Shown: positions 8,871 to 17,019 of the stretch, in pieces
Layout: every line of letters begins with the position of its first letter
Position numbering within the stretch: the stretch's first letter is position 1
From: an uncultured archaeon
Lineage (GTDB): Archaea; Aenigmatarchaeota; Aenigmatarchaeia; QMZP01; JACQNV01
Assembly (NCBI GenBank): GCA_964410585.1
Contig: CAYPFW010000002.1
Location: 128,001 to 192,000, forward strand
Length of the DNA stretch: 64,000 nucleotides
Reading direction: 5' to 3'
The notes under the pieces: generated by a model
Database searches by the model: none
Seen by the model: the letters and a program-made list of their open reading frames with translations, nothing else
What the model was told of the DNA's origin: nothing
Position numbers and translations under genes: made by a program

Positions 8871-9968
8871 ATGTGTATGTACCTTGAATATGTAAGAACT
8901 TACCTTTCAGCAGATGAAAGGTTGACAGAAAAACAAAGAGACAGGCTAGCTCAAAGAATCATTAGATGGGCAGAAGATAATGATGTAAGAGACATAAGTA
9001 GATTGCATGACAAGCTTGTTGATTGGATCGATCAGCCTTCGATTCAAGAGGAGAAATTTGAAAATGTTGAACATCCATTGGATAATGATGGCGATGTCAA
9101 CCTTTTAGAAGACCCAAAATCACAAACACCTGTTGATTTGTTTGTTATAGGAGAACGAGAGATACTAACTGGAGACCAACTGAGGGGAATGATACTTGAG
9201 GAAAGTCCAGAATTGTCTGGTATTGCCTCTGTCATATTGCCTGAGAGCAGAGTTGTTGGCGACAATGTAGATTTAGATGGAATTGAAAACAGACTTAGAG
9301 GTATTGTTCCAAGAATCAAATGTGGTAAACTTCTTATCCCACAAAAACAAGTTCTGTGTATACGTTTTGATGAAAGTGGAAATTTGCAGATAGCCTACAA
9401 AAGAGGCTATCAGGATGACAGAGTCAATGAGGCTCTGAGGCTTTATTCTGAATTATTGACAGTCCAGGAAATAGGCCCTAGAATAGGTGTGAGCCCATCA
9501 ACAGTTTGCACTTGGCTGTACAAGGATATGGGCCTGATGCCGGCACGCGACCTAAAAGTTGCAAGACAAATACAAACAGCAGTGAAACTTTTTGATGAAG
9601 GCAAGGAAGTACAGGAAATTATGGATATAATGAAATCGACACAGACAACTGTCTGGAGATGGTTGAATAGAGCTGGTGTTGAGTTCAACTCAAGGGGACC
9701 AGAACCTTGGGTATATGAGACTAAAGTCAGACTCAGTTTGTCGGATTTAGATGAAATATATTCCCAAATAAATCCAACTTTTAGACAAAGAAACAACTAC
9801 AGGGAAATTTTCAAATACATAAAAAATTTTGAGAAAGAAAACAAAAGAGGTCCAAGCAGAGATGAAATTTCAGATGCTCTTGGTGTTGATCCTTGGAAGA
9901 CGCTTCAAGTTTTTGTTGAATATGGGATCTTAGAAAAAAGAAGGCTCCCAAGACGATTTTATGTCTAA
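8871..9968 (+). CDS. Multi-HTH DNA-binding protein
   Basis: HTH-like segments VQEIGPRIGVSPSTVCTWL, VQEIMDIMKSTQTTVWRWL and LexA-like GPSRDEISDALGV. Confidence 0.7.
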   Translation: MCMYLEYVRTYLSADERLTEKQRDRLAQRIIRWAEDNDVRDISRLHDKLVDWIDQPSIQEEKFENVEHPLDNDGDVNLLEDPKSQTPVDLFVIGEREILTGDQLRGMILEESPELSGIASVILPESRVVGDNVDLDGIENRLRGIVPRIKCGKLLIPQKQVLCIRFDESGNLQIAYKRGYQDDRVNEALRLYSELLTVQEIGPRIGVSPSTVCTWLYKDMGLMPARDLKVARQIQTAVKLFDEGKEVQEIMDIMKSTQTTVWRWLNRAGVEFNSRGPEPWVYETKVRLSLSDLDEIYSQINPTFRQRNNYREIFKYIKNFEKENKRGPSRDEISDALGVDPWKTLQVFVEYGILEKRRLPRRFYV

Positions 9969-9969
9969 A

Positions 9970-10056
9970 AGCCCCAAGGGAGAATTGAACTCCCAACCTA
10001 CAGTTTACGAAAATCGACATACAAATTCTGTCGCTCTACCATTGAGCTACTGAGGC
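9970..10056 (-). tRNA. tRNA-Thr(CGT) with 15 nt intron at 30/31 (10013-10027)
   Basis: GCCTCAG/TTGGGGC acceptor; ACAG^T-TTCGTAA-ACTGT after splicing; BHB central helix CGAC/GTCG. Confidence 0.9.
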
Positions 10057-10110
10057 ACATATAATTATCAGATAATCGCATTTTATAAATACCGAAAACT
10101 AATTTTGTTT

Positions 10111-10617
10111 ATGTCAGCTGAGTGTCTTTTTTGCAAAATAGTGAAAGGGGAAGTACCATCTTTCAAGGTTTATGAGGATTCCAAAACATTGGCTTTTTTT
10201 GATATAAATCCAAGAAACCCAGGACATACTTTGGTCATACCAAAGTCGCATCATGAAGTGCTTTTGACTGTGGGGGAAGAAGAAGGTTCTGCGCTTTTTT
10301 CTGCAGTGAAAAAGGTTTCGATTGCCTTGAAAAACAGCTTGAAGGCAGATGGTTTGTCTATTCTACAAAACAATGGTGAGGCAGCTGGCCAAGTTGTAGG
10401 TCATGTTCACTTTCATGTCATCCCTCGCTTCAATTCAGAAAGGCCAGTTGCATTGGAGGCTCTTTTGCCTGTCAAGAAACCAGCATCACAGGAAGCAATG
10501 CAGCAGCTAGTTAGCACAGTAAAAGCAGGCTTTGGTGGACCTGTTGAAAAGCCAAAAGAAGAAAAACCAGCTGAAAAAAAACCAGAAAAAAAGAAAGATA
10601 TGTTTGATTTTAAATGA
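10111..10617 (+). CDS. HIT family nucleotide hydrolase
   Basis: CLFCKIV, PGHTLVIPK, GQVVGHVHFHVIPR. Confidence 0.95.
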   Translation: MSAECLFCKIVKGEVPSFKVYEDSKTLAFFDINPRNPGHTLVIPKSHHEVLLTVGEEEGSALFSAVKKVSIALKNSLKADGLSILQNNGEAAGQVVGHVHFHVIPRFNSERPVALEALLPVKKPASQEAMQQLVSTVKAGFGGPVEKPKEEKPAEKKPEKKKDMFDFK

Positions 10618-10619
10618 GA

Positions 10620-10750
10620 TGCGCTAGCCGAGATTCGAACTCGGGTCACAGCCTTGGCAAGGTTATACACTTCTTGAATTTTTCTTAAAGTTCTGTATTC
10701 TACCAAGGTACAAACCTTTTTACAGAAAAGGCTTACTATACTACTAGCGC
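10620..10750 (-). tRNA. tRNA-Gly(GCC) with two 30 nt introns (15/16: 10706-10735; 29/30: 10663-10692)
   Basis: Spliced 71 nt GCGCTAGTAGTATAG^TGGTAGAATACAG^CCTTGCCAAGGCTG...CTAGCGCA; BHB central helices GTAT/GTAC and ATAC/GTAT. Confidence 0.9.
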
Positions 10751-10817
10751 TTTAATTCAAAGTATTATTATTCAGACTATTTAAAAACCTACACTAGAAA
10801 ACTCAATAATCTACTGA

Positions 10818-11123
10818 TTAAGAAAGCAACATCCACTCCAAATACTCTTTTGTCCTGCGGCATTTGTCTTCCTGTGCCCTGCATTCATCTCTTATTTGAA
10901 TAAGCCTTCCCAGTCTTTGATTTTCTTCATTGAATAAAATAGAAAATTCTCTCTGACCTTCTAATATCCTATTTTGGTATTCCTGTAAATGCCTAAAAGA
11001 TTCCTGCGCCATATCATCTACCATTGCTGCTTTTGAGGCCCAAGAAGCTCCTTGTTTTCCGTAAAGTTTTATTCCATCCTCTACAGAAGTTTGTCTACTT
11101 TGATAAACATCAAGAACTGTCAT
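10818..11123 (-). CDS. Hypothetical coiled-coil protein
   Basis: 101 aa ORF starting 1 nt after the FTR1 stop. Confidence 0.55.
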   Translation of the reverse strand: MTVLDVYQSRQTSVEDGIKLYGKQGASWASKAAMVDDMAQESFRHLQEYQNRILEGQREFSILFNEENQRLGRLIQIRDECRAQEDKCRRTKEYLEWMLLS

Positions 11124-11124
11124 T

Positions 11125-11994
11125 TTATTCTCCTTTAATTTTTGTCCTTACAATTTCCCTAAAAGAAATCTGTTTGTATATTCTTACAAAAAATCCACCA
11201 ACAATAATCCAATATAGAAGATATCCAGCAACTCTCAGATTTTCAGGATCTCCATCATATCCAACAAGCGCCTTTGCAATTGATCCCAATGTGCCTTTTT
11301 CATGCAATATGTCTGTCTTTTCCAATGGATTTATATTGTATGCTTTTTCTCCCCAAAAACCAAAATCGTATCCTAAGCCTTCGCCAGCCTCTATCAATTC
11401 ATGTATTCCGTAACCAAACAACCCAGCTGCAAAAACTATCAGAAGAACTCCAGTGTATTTGAAAAATTCTTTCAAAGGAAGTCTTACTGTTCCCTTTAGC
11501 AAAACAAAGGCAAGCAGGAAAACAACAACAGCTCCAAGTGCTGTTCCCCAAATTGTGCCAGATGCATCTGCTGTGTATGTTGCAGTTAGGAAAAGAACAG
11601 TTTCAATACCTTCCCTAAATATGACAATGAAAGACAAAATAGCTACACCAAGCAAATATTTTGCTGACACAAAATTATCTATCTTTTTCTGCAGGTTTTC
11701 CCTTATATTTTTTGCATTTTTGGCCATCCAAAATATCATTGTTGTTAAAACAATTGTTGCAAACAAGCTTGCCACACCCTCAAACAATTGGGCTGAAACA
11801 CCTTCCAAGGTTCCGTATGTAACAATCAATCCATAACCTATAGCTAAGCTCAAGAAGATCGCAACAGTAGAACCAATCCACACATACTTTTTCACTTCCG
11901 GCCTTCCAATTTTTATGAGATATGCAACAATAATTGCTATGATTAGAGCAGCTTCCAAACCTTCTCTAAACATTATAAGGAAAGGTGCTAACAT
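11125..11994 (-). CDS. FTR1/EfeU family iron permease
   Basis: Two RExxE motifs (FREGLEA, FREGIET), about 7 TM segments. Confidence 0.95.
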   Translation of the reverse strand: MLAPFLIMFREGLEAALIIAIIVAYLIKIGRPEVKKYVWIGSTVAIFLSLAIGYGLIVTYGTLEGVSAQLFEGVASLFATIVLTTMIFWMAKNAKNIRENLQKKIDNFVSAKYLLGVAILSFIVIFREGIETVLFLTATYTADASGTIWGTALGAVVVFLLAFVLLKGTVRLPLKEFFKYTGVLLIVFAAGLFGYGIHELIEAGEGLGYDFGFWGEKAYNINPLEKTDILHEKGTLGSIAKALVGYDGDPENLRVAGYLLYWIIVGGFFVRIYKQISFREIVRTKIKGE

Positions 11995-12764
11995 TATGAT
12001 CTCCTCGATAGCTGATGACTAATTTCATGCTTTTGAAGTCTGTCAAACTCTTTTCTAGAAAGAGATTGCCTAGCCTTTGGAATAAGAACATTTTCTTCTT
12101 TGTCTATGTGTGGCTGTATAACGCGTATTATTTCATTTGAAATTTTCTTTAAGTGATCAGGACTTTTTTCATATGAGTCTACTGCAAGTTTTAGTTCTAA
12201 GAATTTTTTCCTCATAAAATTGTGTTCAGAGATAAGCTCTTCAACAATTTTCTTTTCTTTGGTAGCCATAGCCTTAAACAGTGTTTGTTCCTCTTCTTTG
12301 AAATGCTGTGTAAGGGTTTTGTTAAAAAAATCAGAAGCCTCAATAAGCTGTTTTTTAGACTTAAGTTTTGCTGAACTGTATTTGTTTAGAACCTTTATTT
12401 TTTCAATTATAACTTCTGTTTCGTGTTCAATTGCATTAACTGAAGGCATTGCTGACCACTCATTAATTTTATGTTGGCATGCAAAGCCGCAGAACTTTGA
12501 TACATGGGACCTCATTATATCGAGTAGTGGTCTCATTGTTTCCTTGTTTACGCTATACATCCTGCTCTTTCCGTCTATCGAGAAATCAACGAATCCGTGA
12601 TCTTTCAGAAGTTTTAGGTGATGTGAAACTAGGCTCTGTTCAAGATTAAGTTTTCTAGAAATTTCATTAACAGTTAAATCTTTGTCTAAAATTAGATTCA
12701 GGATAGAAAGTCTATTCCTATCTGCAAGCACTGCAAAAAACTCTTCGCATATGTTTGAGTTCAT
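11994..12764 (-). CDS. ArsR/SmtB regulator fused to hemerythrin (HHE) domain
   Basis: LADRNRLSIL..QSLVSHHLKLL wHTH; C-terminal EH, HFKEEE, EH, HIDKEE hemerythrin motifs. Confidence 0.88.
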   Translation of the reverse strand: MNSNICEEFFAVLADRNRLSILNLILDKDLTVNEISRKLNLEQSLVSHHLKLLKDHGFVDFSIDGKSRMYSVNKETMRPLLDIMRSHVSKFCGFACQHKINEWSAMPSVNAIEHETEVIIEKIKVLNKYSSAKLKSKKQLIEASDFFNKTLTQHFKEEEQTLFKAMATKEKKIVEELISEHNFMRKKFLELKLAVDSYEKSPDHLKKISNEIIRVIQPHIDKEENVLIPKARQSLSRKEFDRLQKHEISHQLSRRS

Positions 12765-12785
12765 ATGAACCAATATTCATATGAA
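12760..12785. promoter_or_regulatory. Putative ArsR operator
   Basis: TTCATATGAA twice (12760-12769, 12776-12785), between TATA box and start codon. Confidence 0.7.
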
Positions 12786-12829
12786 GGATATATAAAGTTA
12801 TCTGTCTTCTAAAAAGAAATGGGAAAGGA

Positions 12830-12976
12830 TCAGTTGTTCCTTTCCAGTTCCTTGATCCTTTCGGCAACTCCTTGTGCCTCTTTTTCGAGGTTTTCTTTGT
12901 ATTCTTTTAAGATTTCTATCTTTTCATCCTTTGTAAGGAATCCCCTAGACCCGCAAAAACTTGTGTCACAATACAT
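12830..12976 (-). CDS. Small DUF5320-like protein, 48 aa (missed by ORF track)
   Basis: MYCDTSFCGSRGFLTKDEKIEILKEYKENLEKEAQGVAERIKELE; SD AAGGAGG upstream; divergent from padR. Confidence 0.75.
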   Translation of the reverse strand: MYCDTSFCGSRGFLTKDEKIEILKEYKENLEKEAQGVAERIKELERNN

Positions 12977-12995
12977 ACGTCCTCCTTCCGAAAAC

Positions 12996-13073
12996 ATCGG
13001 ATATACGATATTATTAGGCGAAGGTACTTATAAACATATCGTATATACGATATTCGACAATTTAAATATCGCC
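12996..13073. promoter_or_regulatory. Paired palindromic operators between DUF5320-like gene and padR
   Basis: ATCGGATATACGAT and TATCGTATATACGATA flanking a TATA-like TTATAAA. Confidence 0.65.
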
Positions 13074-13087
13074 TACCCAATATATGT

Positions 13088-13381
13088 ATGAAAAAAGAAG
13101 AAGCATGTGATATGAGAGGATTTTTATCATTTTTGATTCTGCTTCTACTATCAAAAAAATCAATGAGCGGGAAGGAAATAACAAAGGAGATAGAGAAAAG
13201 AAAGGGTTGTAAACCCAGTCCAGGAACAATTTATCCCGCACTAAAATCTCTAAAATCTTGCGGTTTTTTAAAAGAGAGGAAAAGCGGAAAGGAAATTAGT
13301 TACACTTTAACAGATGATGGTAGAAGAGCTCTAAAAATAGCAAAGGAGCAGTTCTGTAAAACCTTCATGGAATTTTTCTAA
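13088..13381 (+). CDS. PadR family transcriptional regulator
   Basis: PSPGTIYPALKSL, YTLTDDG. Confidence 0.92.
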   Translation: MKKEEACDMRGFLSFLILLLLSKKSMSGKEITKEIEKRKGCKPSPGTIYPALKSLKSCGFLKERKSGKEISYTLTDDGRRALKIAKEQFCKTFMEFF

Positions 13382-13383
13382 TT

Positions 13384-13863
13384 CTACATGTTCAGAATCC
13401 ACATAAAGTAATTAAGAATAATTGCAAAGCTAACCCATGCTATGTATGGTATAAGGAGGTAAGCTGAATTTTTACTTATTTTCCAAAATTGTCTTATTGT
13501 TAAGAAAATGAAACCCCACAAAACGAATATCTCTATAAAAGAAATGAATGGGTTCCTCAAACCAAAGAACAGGAAAGACCATGTTATATTTAGCAGAAGT
13601 TGGACAGAAAAAAGGGATATTCCGGTTTTAACCTTTGGACTCTTGTAACCATCTTTAATAGTCAAATAGAGAGAAATTCCCATTAGAAGAAAAAGTGAGG
13701 TCCATACCAAAGGGAAGACTGCGTTTGGTGGAATAAATGATGGCTTGGAAAGAGTAAGATACCACTCCCTCAATCCAGTGTATGTGAAAACAGCTCCCAC
13801 AACACCTGCTAACTGACAGATAATAAGCGAAAGTATTAATTTGATGATGTTCTCAAGCTTCAT
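13384..13863 (-). CDS. tspO: TspO/MBR family protein
   Basis: WY..LSKPSF.PP..VFP.VWT, LN..WS.LFFG, LLIPY.AW. Confidence 0.93.
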   Translation of the reverse strand: MKLENIIKLILSLIICQLAGVVGAVFTYTGLREWYLTLSKPSFIPPNAVFPLVWTSLFLLMGISLYLTIKDGYKSPKVKTGISLFSVQLLLNITWSFLFFGLRNPFISFIEIFVLWGFIFLTIRQFWKISKNSAYLLIPYIAWVSFAIILNYFMWILNM

Positions 13864-13970
13864 ACAATATTTATTTTGATCTGTTATAAATCACTGCTAT
13901 TAATTAGGATAGCGGAAAATTGGAAAGCTGCTCTAGTTAATTGTATAAATACGCAATACAATACCCTTTC

Positions 13971-15167
13971 ATGACTGTTTATTCTCATTCTAGACTGTCG
14001 ACATTTGAACATTGTCAGTACAAGTTTAAACTAAAATATTTGGATAAAGTGGAGACAGAAGTTGAAAAGACAGTAGAGGCTTTTCTAGGAACACTTGTCC
14101 ATGAAACTTTAGAAAAGCTCTATAAGGATTTGAAATTTGAAAAATTAAATAGTTTAGATGAGCTTTTAGATTGGTTTAATTCTGAATGGGCAAAAAGGTG
14201 GAACAGTGAAATTATCATAGTGAGGAAGGAATATTCTCAGGAAAACTACAGAAAAATGGGAGAGCATTTTTTGAAAGAGTATTATGAAAAATATAAACCA
14301 TTTAATCACACAAAAACAATTGATTTGGAAAAACACATTATTATAAATTTAGATAAGCATGGAAACTTCAAGTTACAGGGATACATAGACCGCCTTTCAT
14401 ATGCAGGCAATGGTGTCTATGAAATCCATGACTACAAAACAAACTCAAACCTACCTATAGAAGACTATCTTCAATCTGATAGACAGTTGGCTCTTTATGC
14501 TATTGCAGTTAAACAATATTTCCAAGATGCGAAAGATGTTAAATTAATCTGGCATTTTTTGGCCTTTAATAAAGAGATGCAAGTACAAAAAACAGATGAG
14601 CAATTGGAAAAGCTAAAACACGATACAATTGAGTTGATTAAAAAAATAGAATCTACTGAAGACTTCAAAACAAAGGTGTCTGCACTTTGTGATTGGTGTG
14701 AGTTCAGGCCTATTTGTCCAGAGTGGTCTCACTTGTATCAAATAAAAGATTCGAGTTTGAGCAACTTTTTAGGAGATTCTGGAGTCCGGCTTGCAAATCA
14801 GTATGCTGAATTGTATAATAAGAAAAAACATGCTGAAAATGAGCTTGAAGAAGTGAAGGAGAAGCTAATAGAGTATGCAAAGAACAAAAAAGTGTCTGCT
14901 GTTTTTGGCTCAGATCACAAAGTTAGAATAAACACATATGATAATTTGAAAGTTCCTGGTTGGAATGATAATGAAAGGGATGTTTTGGAGAACCTTTTGA
15001 AGCAGTTTGGTTTGTGGGATAAGGTTTCGACATTGGATAGTTTTGCGCTTTCTGATTTACTGAAAGCAAAGCAAATTCCGGAGGAAGTTTTGAAAGAAAT
15101 TGAAAAATTCATTAAAAGAGACAAAACAACAAAAGTAACAATTACCCAACTGGACAAAAGAGAATAA
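13971..15167 (+). CDS. PD-(D/E)XK nuclease (AddB/Cas4-like) with C-terminal extension
   Basis: YSHSRL..F..C, GYIDRL, HDYKT, QLALY, CDWC.....C Fe-S-type cysteines. Confidence 0.88.
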   Translation: MTVYSHSRLSTFEHCQYKFKLKYLDKVETEVEKTVEAFLGTLVHETLEKLYKDLKFEKLNSLDELLDWFNSEWAKRWNSEIIIVRKEYSQENYRKMGEHFLKEYYEKYKPFNHTKTIDLEKHIIINLDKHGNFKLQGYIDRLSYAGNGVYEIHDYKTNSNLPIEDYLQSDRQLALYAIAVKQYFQDAKDVKLIWHFLAFNKEMQVQKTDEQLEKLKHDTIELIKKIESTEDFKTKVSALCDWCEFRPICPEWSHLYQIKDSSLSNFLGDSGVRLANQYAELYNKKKHAENELEEVKEKLIEYAKNKKVSAVFGSDHKVRINTYDNLKVPGWNDNERDVLENLLKQFGLWDKVSTLDSFALSDLLKAKQIPEEVLKEIEKFIKRDKTTKVTITQLDKRE

Positions 15168-15368
15168 TTAGGCAAGAATATCTATCTTAGTTCCCATGTG
15201 TGGTGGGTTAAAGGCTTTTTGTCTTTCATGGAGTTCTGCTGGTGTTAGAACTGCTTGTTGGTATGCACGATTATTATAGTTGTCCAATTCTCTCAAAGCC
15301 CTGTTAAAACTGGATTCTGGAGGACTCACTGAAATTCCAACTCTATAAACCTCACTAAATTTTCCCAT
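15168..15368 (-). CDS. Hypothetical protein
   Basis: 66 aa ORF filling the gap between neighbouring genes. Confidence 0.45.
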   Translation of the reverse strand: MGKFSEVYRVGISVSPPESSFNRALRELDNYNNRAYQQAVLTPAELHERQKAFNPPHMGTKIDILA

Positions 15369-15414
15369 TTGTTTAATTGAAAGCAGTTTTTATATTCTTT
15401 CACCATATCAAAAT

Positions 15415-15855
15415 ATGAAAGATGAATTCATGCGAATGGCTATTTGGGTAGCAAATGAGGCTTTGGAGAGTGGAGAATATCCAGCGGGTGTTGTCATAGT
15501 CAAAGATGGGAAGGTTGTAGGCACAGGTTTTCCTGAGGTAAGAAGGAAAAATGTAGCAGGCCTGCACGGAGAAGTAATTGCAATCAGAAATGCATGCGAA
15601 AAACTTGGGACAAGAAGGCTTGAAGACTGTCAAATGTACACAACAGTAGAATCATGTATGATGTGTGCTATCAATGCACATCATGCAAAAATAGGAAAAA
15701 TATTTTTCGGCGCAAAGCTAAGAGAACAAAAGAAAAGGACAGCAGATATTTTGAAATTTATGGAAGTTGAAATTCCTAAAATAGAAGGCGGATTTTTAGA
15801 AAAAGAGTGCGATCAGCTTTTGGAAAAGTGGTACAAAGAAGTGAAGAAAGATTAA
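15415..15855 (+). CDS. Nucleoside/tRNA deaminase (TadA-like)
   Basis: HGEVIAI and ESCMMC zinc motifs. Confidence 0.88.
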   Translation: MKDEFMRMAIWVANEALESGEYPAGVVIVKDGKVVGTGFPEVRRKNVAGLHGEVIAIRNACEKLGTRRLEDCQMYTTVESCMMCAINAHHAKIGKIFFGAKLREQKKRTADILKFMEVEIPKIEGGFLEKECDQLLEKWYKEVKKD

Positions 15856-16469
15856 ACCCTCTTATACTTTCCCATCAACTCAGCTTGTTCAATAACATGC
15901 CCCTCAATTGCTTTTAGAACATCTGCCTTTGTTGCGCCTTCTTTTAGTTTTAGCATTGTGTCCAAAGCATACAATCTGAAATAATATCTGTGTTCTCCGT
16001 CTGGTGGGCAAGGGCCTCCGTATGTTAGATTATTTCTAGAATTTATACCCATGACACCTTCTGGATCCCTTCCTTCTTCCACACTTTTTGTTTGTGGTGG
16101 AATGTTGAAAGCAACCCAATGGTCCCAAACTTTTCCTGCTGGTTTAATTGCATCTGGATCGTCCACTATCAAAACTAAGCTTTTCGCATTTTTCGGCACG
16201 TTTTCAAAATTCAATGGAGGGCTCACATTGAAGCCATCGCATGTGTAGTTAGATGGTATCTGTCCACCATTTTCAAATTCAGGGCTTGTCAATTTCATAC
16301 TTTGTCCTGTTGGTTCTTGGCTAGAAGCCTCTTTGTTTTGGTCTTCTATGTTTGTATTTTCTTTAGGTTCCAAATTTCGTTTTTCTGCAGATGCTGAATC
16401 CTGATTTTCCTGAACACAACCACTAACCAACAATATACTAATTAATAGTAGGATTAAAATAGTTTTCAT
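15852..16469 (-). CDS. YbhB/YbcL (PEBP) family lipoprotein
   Basis: Lipobox VSGC, DDPDA, HW, YGGPCPPDGEHRY. Confidence 0.93.
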   Translation of the reverse strand: MKTILILLLISILLVSGCVQENQDSASAEKRNLEPKENTNIEDQNKEASSQEPTGQSMKLTSPEFENGGQIPSNYTCDGFNVSPPLNFENVPKNAKSLVLIVDDPDAIKPAGKVWDHWVAFNIPPQTKSVEEGRDPEGVMGINSRNNLTYGGPCPPDGEHRYYFRLYALDTMLKLKEGATKADVLKAIEGHVIEQAELMGKYKRV

Positions 16470-16930
16470 TCCTTATTCCATTTTGGTGTGTATTGAAAAT
16501 ACTTCGTTTGAAGCTGCTTATTTAAACTTTTAAAAATACCACTAACAACCTTTCTGCAGCTTTCAGATCCACAGTGGCATCTCATTTTCCAATCATCAAT
16601 AGAATCAATTGTGTAGTCTGCAACTATTTCATCACCTGCTTTGATTTCTTTTATAGCAATAACATTTTCCCTAAATTTGCTTAAGTGTTTAAAGTACACA
16701 TTAGGATCACAAGAATGGTTGATGTATTTTTCAGGCGATTTGTATATAGCATATTTGCCATCTCCAACATAACCCATGTGGTTTTGGTAGTGATAGGAAA
16801 GTTTGGGAACAACGTCTCTAGAAACAATTTTATTGTGCTTTATTTTCAGTAAGGTTTGTCCAGGTTTAAAATCTTTCAAAGAAAAAGCACCTTTACCTCT
16901 TTTCCCAACCCTTTTCACAACAATTGTCAT
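16466..16930 (-). CDS. SET-domain protein lysine methyltransferase
   Basis: GKGAF, YINHSCDPN, EIVADY, post-SET CHCGSESCR. Confidence 0.92.
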   Translation of the reverse strand: MTIVVKRVGKRGKGAFSLKDFKPGQTLLKIKHNKIVSRDVVPKLSYHYQNHMGYVGDGKYAIYKSPEKYINHSCDPNVYFKHLSKFRENVIAIKEIKAGDEIVADYTIDSIDDWKMRCHCGSESCRKVVSGIFKSLNKQLQTKYFQYTPKWNKE

Positions 16931-17019
16931 AGAAATATTATATATCTGCTTTTCGGATAAAAAGCTATCTTAATAGAACCATGTTTATCTTGAAACACTT
17001 TCTGTGAGTAAAGATAAGA

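Noticed and set aside
13971-15167. CRISPR-Cas locus (Cas4-like gene)
   Set aside because: No regularly spaced repeat-spacer array or other cas genes in the window
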